Source: Macrostomum lignano (lineage: Eukaryota). From it: a stretch of DNA of 64,000 nt. Location of the stretch: contig NIVC01000572.1 of assembly GCA_002269645.1 (NCBI GenBank), positions 1-64,000 of the forward strand, written 5' to 3'. Of this stretch, positions 54,601 through 64,000 are shown piece by piece (the first letter of the stretch is position 1; each line of letters opens with the position of its first letter). Both the position numbers and the translations under genes were made by a program. The notes beneath the pieces are model-generated. The model saw only the letters and a program-made list of their open reading frames with translations, did no database searches and was not told the DNA's origin.

Positions 54601-55900
54601 GATGTAATTCAATTTAGAACAGAATAAAAGTTTTGTTACTTTTTTGTCAAAGCTTAAGTAAGCCAAATGAGATTAATACCTATACTATAAATATAATATA
54701 CTACAATACAAATAATGGAAAACAACAATGTTTTAAATAGCAAAATCAAGAAGCAAAATAATTTTTAAGAAATCTTTCAAATTAGACCAGTATTAATAAA
54801 CTCGGGCTTACAAAGTCAATTTATCTAGCCTTCAGGTTCTTTGAACTTTACAATAGCAAATTAGCCTGCTTGAGGTATTTTTTAGGCTTTAGTTTAGCTC
54901 TTTTTTATAGTAAACTCTTCTCTTTTAATTGTTTCTATTGTCTTCTCTGCTGTCTTTTTACTCTTTTCTTTTCTTTCCTTTTTGACTCTTTTTTCTTTTT
55001 TTTCTGTTACCTTTTTTTCTTTCTTTCTTTTCTCTTCTTGTTTTTTTTCTTCTTATTATTTTGTCTCTTCTTTTTTCCTATCTCTTCCCTTTATTAATTT
55101 TTCTCTTCTTTTTCTTTTGTCTTCTGTTTTCTCCCTTGTCTTTGTTTTCTTTTCTCCTTTCTTTTTTCTTATTTTGTCTTTCCAGTTCATTCTTTTGTCT
55201 CTCTTTCCTCTTTTTGTTCTTTTTTATCCTTTTGACCCTCTTCTCACTCTCATTTTTGGCTTGCTTTATACTAGATTTTTATCTGGCCATTAAAAGCTAG
55301 AAATATCTACAAGGAACCCATTGCTTAATTAGATTATAAAAATACATTTCTACCATTAAAAGCTAGAAATATCTACAAGGAACCCATTGCTTAATTAGAT
55401 TATAAAAATACATTTTAGATAGTTGTGCTTCTTGATTTAAAATGGTGTTTTTATTATTTGTTTCTGTTATTGAAATATAATTTTTTATTATTTTGTCTTA
55501 TATTTTATTTAAGCTACAGAATACCCGATGCCTTTATTGATTGAAATTATCAACATTGTTTTAGTTGCTTATTTTATTGTCCAATTAAGCAAATTATGGA
55601 ATTTGGACACATTTTGGATATAGTTATGTTTATTTTAGCTTATTAAAGTAGATTACAAAGATTATGAATTCTTAGTATTTTTAATCCTTCATTATTTTGT
55701 GCCCTTATCAGTATGTTTTGTTTCTCCTAAAGGCTTATGAGGCTTCAATATGCCTATACTATTTCCTAATCATAATGGGATAACATATTCTCTATTATGG
55801 TTAGTTATTACACTAACAAATCATCTGTTTTATTCTATTTTTTGAAATTTTTGACAAAAAAGTAATATTTTACCTCTAGGTCAATTCTGAGAAAAACTTC
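48700..55900. other. AT-rich, CpG-poor, TpA-rich block between divergent PIP4K2 and the TBC gene
   Basis: Roughly 30 CG dinucleotides by eye in ~7.2 kb. Repeated TAGGCCTA. TC-rich tracts at 50580-51020 and 54880-55270. A ~63-bp direct duplication at 55287/55353. Confidence 0.72.
49657..49745 (+). mobile_element. decayed fragment of SINE family A
   Basis: CCTAGGCTTGATTTCAAGTGCAG...TTTGGGGCTAAATTAAAAACTTGGCTTGA vs CCCAGGCTCGATTCCAAGTGCAG...TTTGGGGCTGAATTGGAATTTTGGCTTGG in copy 2. Confidence 0.72.
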
Positions 55901-55931
55901 ACTGTGCTACCCCACTGCAGGAGCAATAATT

Positions 55932-58900
55932 ATGTCAGCTAAGCTCCAACCAGTCAGGCCCCGCATCGAAGTTCACCACTCCAAGCTGGACAACAACAAT
56001 GAAGACGAGGACAGTCGCGAGAATCGCCGACAAGACGCTGAGCGCGCCGCCATTGTTGCTCGCTACGATGGCAAAGCATCAGGCGGGATTTCTGGCATCA
56101 CCGAAGCTGACCCGGTGCCTCCGGACAGCCAGATCGATCACTTTGGCTTCTACCACCCGGCTGCCTCAGGCGGCGTGCCCGCCGCTCTGTCCCTCGCCGA
56201 GGCGCGAATTCGCCGAGCCGACCTGCGCCGCGAGCCGAAGTGGCAGCGGATGCTGCGGCCAGCAAACCAATCTGGCCAGGCCAGCGGCAGCCGCTTCGCC
56301 AACTGGCACCGGGTTGCCGCCGAAACTGACAATGGCGGCAGAGGCGAGACGGCTAGCCGTCGAGCTCTGGATTTTAGCGCCAAGTTTTTAAACCGCCTGT
56401 ACAAAGGTGTGCCTGAGAAGTTCCGGTATCCAGTCTGGTACGAACTGTTGGCAATCGATGAAGCCAGGAGGTCCTGCCAATGGGGCTACCCGGCCATCAG
56501 GGAGTACGCCAGGAAGCATTCAGCAGATGTGCACCAGATTGATTTGGACGTGAATAGGACTTATCGGTTTACGGAGTTCTATCGAGTTCGATATAATGCT
56601 CGGCAAAGAGTGTTGTTTAACGTTCTGGTGGCCTATAGCATGTACAACACGGATGTTGGCTATTGCCAGGTTAGTGCTGCTGGAGAGCTACAAGGTTTGA
56701 GCAGTGACAGCTGTTGGCCCTGAAGTATCGGTGGATTGTGGTGGAGGGGTGACAACTGCGGGCCCTGAAGTATCGGTGGATTGTGGTGGAGGGGTGACAA
56801 CTGCGGGCCTTGAAGTATCAGGGGATTGTGGTGGAGGGGTGACAACTGCGGGCCTTGAAGTATCAGTGGATTGTGGTAGAGGGGTGACAACTGCGGGCCC
56901 TGAAGTATCAGGGGATTGTGGTGGAGGGGTGACAATTGCGGGCCCTGAAGTATCAGGGGATTGTGGTGGAGGGTGACAGCTGGGCCCTGAAGTATCGGTG
57001 GATTGTGGGGAGGGGTGACAGCTGGGCCCTGAAGTATCAGGGGATTGTGGTGGAGGGTGACAGCTGGGCCCTGAAGTATCGGTGGATTGTGGGGAGGGGT
57101 GACAGCTGGGCCCTGAAGTATCAGGGGATTGTGGGGAGGGGTGACAGCTGGGCCCTGAAGTATCGGTGGATTGTGGTGGTGGGGTGACAGCACAGCTAAA
57201 ATGCTGTAAACCGATGACAAATCTACCCGCCGTACCGCAGGGCATGAGTCAGCTGGCAGCCTTCCTTCTGCTGTACTTCAACGACGAAGAAGAAGCCTTC
57301 TTGGCGCTGACCCAGCTGTTCACGGGGCCGCGCCACGGTCTTCACGGCTTCTTTATTCCAAACTTTCCCAAGCTTCTGCGCTACATCGAGCAGTACAGGA
57401 CCTGTCTGCAGAAGCTCATGCCCAGACTCGACAGGCTGATTCACGAGAAGCACTTGGTGCCGGTCACCGCTTACGCTGTTCGGTGGTTCATGCAGGCGTT
57501 TCTCGACTGCATGCCATTTCCCATCACTGTGCGGTTGTGGGACATCTTTGTGGCACTGGGGGAGCAGGTCCTGGTTGCTATGGCGGTTGCCGTCATGCGG
57601 TTGCACTCTAAGAGGCTGATGAAGATGAAGTCGGATGAAGAGTTTCTGGCCTTCTTGGGAGCTGGACTGCAGAAGGATTTCAGTTATACTGAGGATCAGG
57701 TGAGATGATCATTTTATGGGAATTGATCAGATGTGTGTTTATGGGATTTGGTCAGGTGTGTTTATGGGATTTGATCAGGTGTGTTTTTAGGATTTGATCA
57801 GGTGTGTTTATGGGATTTGATCAGGTGTGTTTATAGTATTTGATCAGGTGTGTTTATGGGATTTGATCAGGTGTGTTTATGTGAATCGATCAGATGTGTT
57901 TATGAGATTTTATTTCGTGTTTATAGTATTTGATCAGGTGTGTTTATGGGATTTAATCATGTGTTTATGTGAATCGATCAGGTGTGTTAATGGGATTTGA
58001 TCAGGTGTTTTTATATGATTTGGTCAGGTGTGTTTATGGGATTTGATCAGGTGTGTTTATAGGATTTGATCAGGTGTGTTTATAGGATTTGGTCAGGTGT
58101 GTTTATGTGAATCGATCAGGTGTGTTTATAGGATTTGGTCAGGTGTGTTTATGTGAATCGATCAGGTGTGTTTATAGGATTTGGTCAGGTGTGTTTATGG
58201 GATTTGGTCATATGAATTTATTGGATTTGGCTAATTTGGTTTATGAGGACTTGTTCGGGTTGTGAATTAATGCATGCAATCACATTTCTCGGTGTTGTAG
58301 ACGCTTAGTAAAAATATTTTTGAGTATCTTGACAATATAGTTTCCAAATCTCATGCCTTCAAAGATTAATTGATGTCGGTCTCGTCTTTGACTAGTGTGT
58401 TGTTAAGCATTTTTATGGTTCGTATCCTTAGTTTACTTTGGCGCATTTTGGTTTACTTACAGGTTGTATCTACAATTGCGCATATAGTTTTGTCTGCCTG
58501 TCATCTTTCTCTCATGCTGTTATGAGAACTATGATCAGGCTGGGTTAAATCGCGGTTACTGCAGACCTCTTGTTTATTCACTAATGACGCAGTTTGGTGC
58601 AGAATCTGTTAGGGTAGAGTTCATTGTGCGAGCTAAGGTTTTTAGCTTTGCTATCATGGCGACTGTGTGTTAAACTAGAAAATTTAGTTGTCAGCTCCCC
58701 TCTTACCCTGCCTCACCTCTATCTGAACCCTCCGCTATCTCTATTCTCACCCTAATCATCTCCATCCTCATGCTAAACTCATTTCGAATCTCGCTCTACC
58801 TCGTCTCCATTCTCAACCTAAAAATCTACATTCTCACCCTACCTCATCTCATCTCCAATCTCACCCTACCTCGTCTCGAATCTCACCCTACGTCATCACA

Positions 58901-59937
58901 TCATCACCATTTCATCCAACCTATTGACCTTCACTCCTCTAAAGAAGAATCTCACCGTTTAATCTCACCGTTCTCATTCTAACCCTACTCTCTGGATACC
59001 CCAGGTGATGCAGTGCTTACACGACACCCTGTCTGAGCTGAAGTCGCAGCGGTTGCTTCCCGAACCCGGCAGTCTGCCAGACGAGCTGCCGACTCGCCCA
59101 CCGATGCGCGCCACCCCTCAACAGCCAGTCGGTGTCAATGGGAGTGCCGACAGCACCGATCGAGCGCCTCAGCAGCCGCTCCCGCCGGCGCCAGCGCCAC
59201 GTCAGGCATCTCAGCTGAACGCTCAAGACGTGCTCCGTCGCTCGCTTCAGCGTCGTGACCCGGTACCTTCGCCTCGGCAGTCCACAGCCTGGGAGATCGA
59301 AGTCGAAGAGTCGCTTTCAGCCCAGGTGCGCCGTCCCGTCGCCAAAGACGAAGCGAGGGTGGCGCCCGCCGCCAGCCCCACCCCAGCCGTCTCCGCCGCG
59401 GCCAGCGTGTCGGTCAGCTGGCGACCCGCCCATCGGCGGGATAACGGCAGACGGCAGCGGAATAGCAGGTGAGATCGAGCTTCGTTGTGAACCGTCACCA
59501 TAGCAACTAAACCCGTCGCCATAGCAACTGAACTTGTTTCCATAAAACTTTTGCACTTTATCAAATCAAAGTCTACATGCATAAATCATCCTGTGTTTAC
59601 CCCTCCGATTAGGTCATCACACACGCAGCAGCAGCAGCCGCAGCAGCAGGCAAATAATAATCACCAGAGCCGCTCAGCGCCCTCAAAACCGCGCATAATT
59701 CATCATTCAGCCGCCAAAAAGCGCATCAGCATCAGTGGCGGCTCATCAACAGCCGCTGTGACTCAGCACTATCATCAGCGCAGGCTCAGTGGTCGATCCA
59801 GCTCGTCGCGCCAGCAGCAGCGGCAGCAGCCAGGTGGGAGTTCCACCTCGCCCATCAGGAGGCGGACACCCCACCAACAAGGCAGTCAGTCTTTCATTGG
59901 CTCTGTTGGCGAATTGTCAGTTGAAACGCCATTGTGA
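55932..59937 (+). CDS. USP6NL: USP6NL/RN-tre-like TBC-domain Rab-GAP; join(55932..56669,57241..57699,59005..59468,59613..59937), 661 aa
   Basis: IVARYD, DHFGFY, REPKW, RLYKGVP, QIDLDVNRT (R finger), GYCQ|GMSQ (Q finger), WFMQAF, RLWDIF and ELKSQRL...PDELPTRP as in USP6NL. Introns join in frame. Upstream acceptor CTGCAG at 55920 implies a 5' UTR intron. Confidence 0.92.
56715..57190. repeat. ~43-45-bp minisatellite (TBC intron 1)
   Basis: Unit GGGCCCTGAAGTATCGGTGGATTGTGGTGGAGGGGTGACAACTGC. Confidence 0.93.
57705..58210. repeat. 23-bp minisatellite (TBC intron 2)
   Basis: Unit GATCAGGTGTGTTTATGGGATTT. Confidence 0.93.
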
Positions 59938-60289
59938 GTGTCGTTTAATAAATTTAAGCTCAAATTTTACGTCACTAAATTGTACTTATTGGGTATGTAA
60001 TAATTGGGCGCTTTCAAAAGCTAGAACTTTCACAAGAATAAATTATTGAGTACAGATAAATTAGTTATAATTGAAATTGAAATCACTGCAGGATCCAAAG
60101 CAATTAAATTTATGAAACATTAATTAGGGTGGGGTTAGTTGGGGGCTGATAATAAAAATAGTGCGCGACTTAGGAAGTTGAAGAGGTAAGATAAGGCCGC
60201 GGGATAAGAGATAAGAATGACGAGAGTCGAGACTGATCAGTAAGACAGAGGGAAAGAAAACAGTAAGCGGAGACGAGGGTTGGAGGGGC

Positions 60290-60620
60290 TACTGAGGAAA
60301 GAGGCCAGATCGAATAGCCAATCAGAAGGCCGCGGGATAGAGAGATAAGAATAACAAGACTGAATCAAACAGGGAGGGAGGGAGAGAAAACACGAAACAG
60401 AGTAAAAAGAGTCGAGGCGTGGAGTGGGCGACTGGGGAATGAGGCCAGATCGAATAGCCAATCAGAAGGCCGCGGGATAGAGAGATAAGAATAACAAGAC
60501 TGAATCAAACAGGGAGGGAGGGAGAGAAAACACGAAACAGAGTAAAAAGTCGAGGCGTGGAGTGGGCGACTGAGGAATGAGGCCAGATTGAATAGCCAAT
60601 CAGAAGGCAGCGAGGAAAAA
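60290..60620. repeat. ~140-bp tandem repeat, 2-3 copies
   Basis: GAGGCCAGAT(C/T)GAATAGCCAATCAGAAGG recurs at 60301, 60441 and 60579. Confidence 0.88.
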
Positions 60621-62114
60621 TAACAAGACTGAACTAAACAGAGTAAGCAGTGACAAGTGCAGATGAACTTAAACTAGATGACTAAGAAAATAGTGACACT
60701 AGCTTGCTACGTCGCAATTGCTACGAGTACTACGAGCAGACGTACTTGTCTAGATATCTGACGCAGATTGGAATTTGTTCTTTGTGAAGCTTCTGGTTTA
60801 TGAAGGTTCTCAATTATTAATAGACAATTTTATATACAAATACAAGCACCAATATATGGCTTGCACAGAAGAAAACATAAGTTTTTATCTAGATAATGCA
60901 AAAAATTCAATCTTTTTTTAATTTTGACGACGCAATTATTTTTGTTATAACGAACTAACGAACTACTCTGTTTGATTAATCGATTTCAAAATTTGCTGAT
61001 CTTGCCCTATGATGAATTGCTGTGTAATTTTGTTTAAAATACACAAAAAATCGTTAAATTTCTTTAAAATTTGTTTAATCATGTCCAATTAACAGTAGCT
61101 AGGCTGCGCTAGCTTCCCTTCACATTCCTGTTTTGTGATTGCTTTTTTGTAATTTATTTTGCTTCACAGTTAACCAAGATTGTTTATTTTTTATCCGGCG
61201 GGTTTTAACTGTAATTAATTGTGTCTATTCTTGTAGATTTATCTCTCATATACGTCGTATTTAAGTCGCAGCTTGCTGTGAAAGAAAATTTGTCTCAAGT
61301 GTTCGCTTCCAAACTTTATTTTTTTAAACAGAATTGGCATCTAGCACTGCTAGTTGGTTATCCCGTAGAGTTAGAAATAATCGTGTCTTGAAGATTCACT
61401 TCCATTTAAACAAAAAGAATGTAACGTAATAATTTTATAATCTTAAGCTGGCTTAATTTGTACAAAGGTAAATAATTTTGTTGAACAAACACAGCCTGTT
61501 AAATTGTGGTGCACGGAACAAATAGTGCCTTAATGCGTTAAATGCATATTTTTGTACATCTATTTTAGCCTTGATCGAATTACCTAATTCTTTAGTTTTT
61601 CTATATTTATCTTGCATGCAATAAAGCAGTCTCGCTAACATTGCAGTTTGGTGCTTAAAAGTAGTATTGATAGCAAAATACCGATAAATGTGAAATAAAT
61701 ATTAATAAATGGAGTATTTTCGGATTTAAAAAACTAGATATGAACAAAGTGTTTTGTTTCAGATTTTTTTGAAAGTCTCATGTTGGATTCTTATATTTCT
61801 AGGAATAAAAATGATTAAATATCTTTATAGGTATATTTTCTTAGAATCCAACATTGTCTGTGACTTGGTTTAACTTGTCGTTGCAAGCCAGAAAAAAACT
61901 TTACGCAATTTTGTTTTTATCAATAATGATAAGCAGCGTTTATAAGGCATGGAAAGAATCGAAATTATTATGTTTTCAAACATTATTTTCATGGTTTGTA
62001 GACTGGATGTTTGCCACTGACATTTTGCCATTTCACATACATTTGACAGTTTTATTGACAAATTCTCTTTTTGCATTTATTTAGCGCATGTTTTCTTTCA
62101 CAAAAAGTACACAA

Positions 62115-62803
62115 ATCTCACAGATCTCATGCATGAGGTATTGGATTGACAATGCTCACAGATCTCATGCATGAGGTATTGGATTGACAATGCTCACAGA
62201 TCTCATGCATAGGGTATTGGATTTACAATGTTCACAGATCTCATGCATGAGGTATTGGATTGATCATGCATGAGGTATTGGATTGACAATGCTCACAGAT
62301 CTCATGCATGAGGTATTGGATTGACAATGCTCACAGATCTCATGCATAGGGTATTGGATTTACAATGTTCACAGATCTCATGCATGAGGTATTAGATTGT
62401 CAATGCTCACAGATCTTATGGATGAGGTATTGGATTGACAATGCTCACAGATCTCATGGATGAGGTATTGGATTGACAATGCTCACAGATCTCATGGATG
62501 AGGTATTGGATTGACAATGTTCACAGATCTCATGCATGAGGTATTGGATTGACAATGCTTACAGATCTCATGGATGAGGTATTGGATTGACAATGCTCAC
62601 AGATCTCATTGACGAGGTATTGGATTGACAATGCTCACAGATCTCATGGATGAGGTATTGGATTGACAATGCTCACAGATCTCATGCATGAGGTATTGAA
62701 TTGTCAATGCTCACAGATCTCATGCATGAGGTATTGAATTGTCAATGCTCACAGATCTCATGGATGAGGTATTGGATTGTCAATGCTCACAGATCTCATG
62801 CAT
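62115..62803. repeat. 38-bp minisatellite, ~18 copies, inverted counterpart of 7459-8830
   Basis: Reverse complement of the same unit. Confidence 0.96.
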
Positions 62804-62813
62804 GTGCCTGCGG

Positions 62814-64000
62814 CTATCGAGGCTTCAGGCTCCACACTCTGACAAGGCAGCCAGTCTCATTTTTCTTCTCTCTGCTGCCGCATGCGCGCCTCGACATCCG
62901 AGTGAGCCATCCATACAACTGCCAGGTGTGCAGCGAATTATTCAGCAAACTCAGCGTGTAAATCATATCGAACTTGTTGACCGATTCGTCGAACGAGTTC
63001 GATATGATGGCAATGATGAAGTTCTGCGCGTTGATGCCAACCACCAGAATGAAGAGTGTGTGCAGTACCACGCTGGTGAAGTCCTGCGCCGGACTGGCAA
63101 TGTTCAGCAGCAGACGCAGCGGTGAATAGAACACCGAGTACGGCTTCGCGAACTCCTTGCCGAGAACGTCTGTCATGTAGAACAGACTGCCGAACACGAT
63201 GTACGTCCACAGAATGAAGAGCGGCAGAACGCCGACAAATCTGGAAATGGCTCGTCGGAAGCTGATGCACAGAAAAGCCATGCTTCGGCATCCGCTCTCG
63301 TAGGTTTCGAGTACGCTAAATAGCGTAAAGAATATGTACAGAACTGCGGAGCACTCGGACAAATTTGCTGCCACAGTCAGCTGCAAGTTTCGTGGGCCCC
63401 TACGGCCGAGCACATAGTCTGTGCAGTCAATGGATCTCTCCAGAGTCATTGAGGCAATGATGAAGATAATTCCTGTCATGAAGCTGAGCGCGTAAGCAGT
63501 CAAGAAGTAGTGCGACTGTACCAGATACTCTTTCGGACGTCGGTGCGTCGGTGTCCATCGGCTGAAGCGCCGCGCAAATTGCAGCTCCTTGAAGCAGTTG
63601 AGCAATAGAACGGCAAGTTGAATGACTAGAACTGGACCCAGGATGAACAGAGAAATTGACCAGTTTTCGAGAATCGTTGTCCTCTGAATTGGGACACCCC
63701 AGAGTGGCGACGAGAACAGCGTGTCGGTATTGTTCGGGTTGGACTTGTCAGTCAGGTAGTGGATCAGGGACGCTGGTGAGCAGTTGGCTCGGACAGTCTT
63801 TTCTAGATCCGTGATGCTGTAGTTCAGGCCTTCAGTCATTGACCCATCGCTGCTGTTTGAGCTACTCAAAGCTAGTTTGATCAGATCAGTGTACCGCTCA
63901 AAGCCCGTCTCAAGCTCATAGCCGATGGCTGCCATGGGCACTATGAGGTCGAAGCGGTTGCTGAACGGAGTGAAGGACGAGGCCAGTATGCTCAAAGCTA
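62814..64000 (-). CDS. divergent TRPV-like ion channel, copy 2 (5' part runs off the window)
   Basis: Reverse complement matches 6274-7448 with one 12-nt in-frame indel and 7 substitutions. Confidence 0.78.
   Translation of the reverse strand, partial: ALSILASSFTPFSNRFDLIVPMAAIGYELETGFERYTDLIKLALSSSNSSDGSMTEGLNYSITDLEKTVRANCSPASLIHYLTDKSNPNNTDTLFSSPLWGVPIQRTTILENWSISLFILGPVLVIQLAVLLLNCFKELQFARRFSRWTPTHRRPKEYLVQSHYFLTAYALSFMTGIIFIIASMTLERSIDCTDYVLGRRGPRNLQLTVAANLSECSAVLYIFFTLFSVLETYESGCRSMAFLCISFRRAISRFVGVLPLFILWTYIVFGSLFYMTDVLGKEFAKPYSVFYSPLRLLLNIASPAQDFTSVVLHTLFILVVGINAQNFIIAIISNSFDESVNKFDMIYTLSLLNNSLHTWQLYGWLTRMSRRACGSREKKNETGCLVRVWSLKPR

Noticed and set aside
50580-55300. Phe/Leu/Ser-rich membrane-like ORFs (50789-51049, 54870-55300)
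   Set aside because: They derive from TC-rich low-complexity tracts.

Overview
Eukaryotic, intron-rich invertebrate-type DNA with no prokaryotic features and no CRISPR. Minisatellite-packed introns suggest a Macrostomum-like flatworm assembly (inference, unverified). Well-supported spliced genes: AMP deaminase (-), PCMT1 (+), PIP4K2 (-) and USP6NL/RN-tre-like TBC Rab-GAP (+). Also present: a degenerate synaptotagmin-like gene (-), a PTB-domain FAM43-like gene (+), an orphan frameshifted GT32 glycosyltransferase exon, and two ~99% identical TRPV-like channel genes in inverted orientation at the window ends. Mobile DNA includes piggyBac, Crypton, mariner, THAP and Tc1 remnants, a Tc1 fold-back, a 3-kb non-autonomous Helitron carrying two minisatellites, and tRNA-derived SINEs (one CORE type). 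About 25 distinct tandem arrays fill most larger introns and 3' flanks. Most striking signal: two AT-rich, CpG-poor blocks (~25.0-29.6 kb and ~48.7-55.9 kb) hold copies of elements that are near-intact elsewhere in the window. These copies carry strongly directional C>T/G>A changes enriched at CpG and CpA/TpG. The fold-back arms also differ only by same-direction C/T mismatches at non-CpG sites. Together this resembles fungal repeat-induced point mutation (RIP) in an animal genome, which is a hypothesis to test. All counts are by eye.
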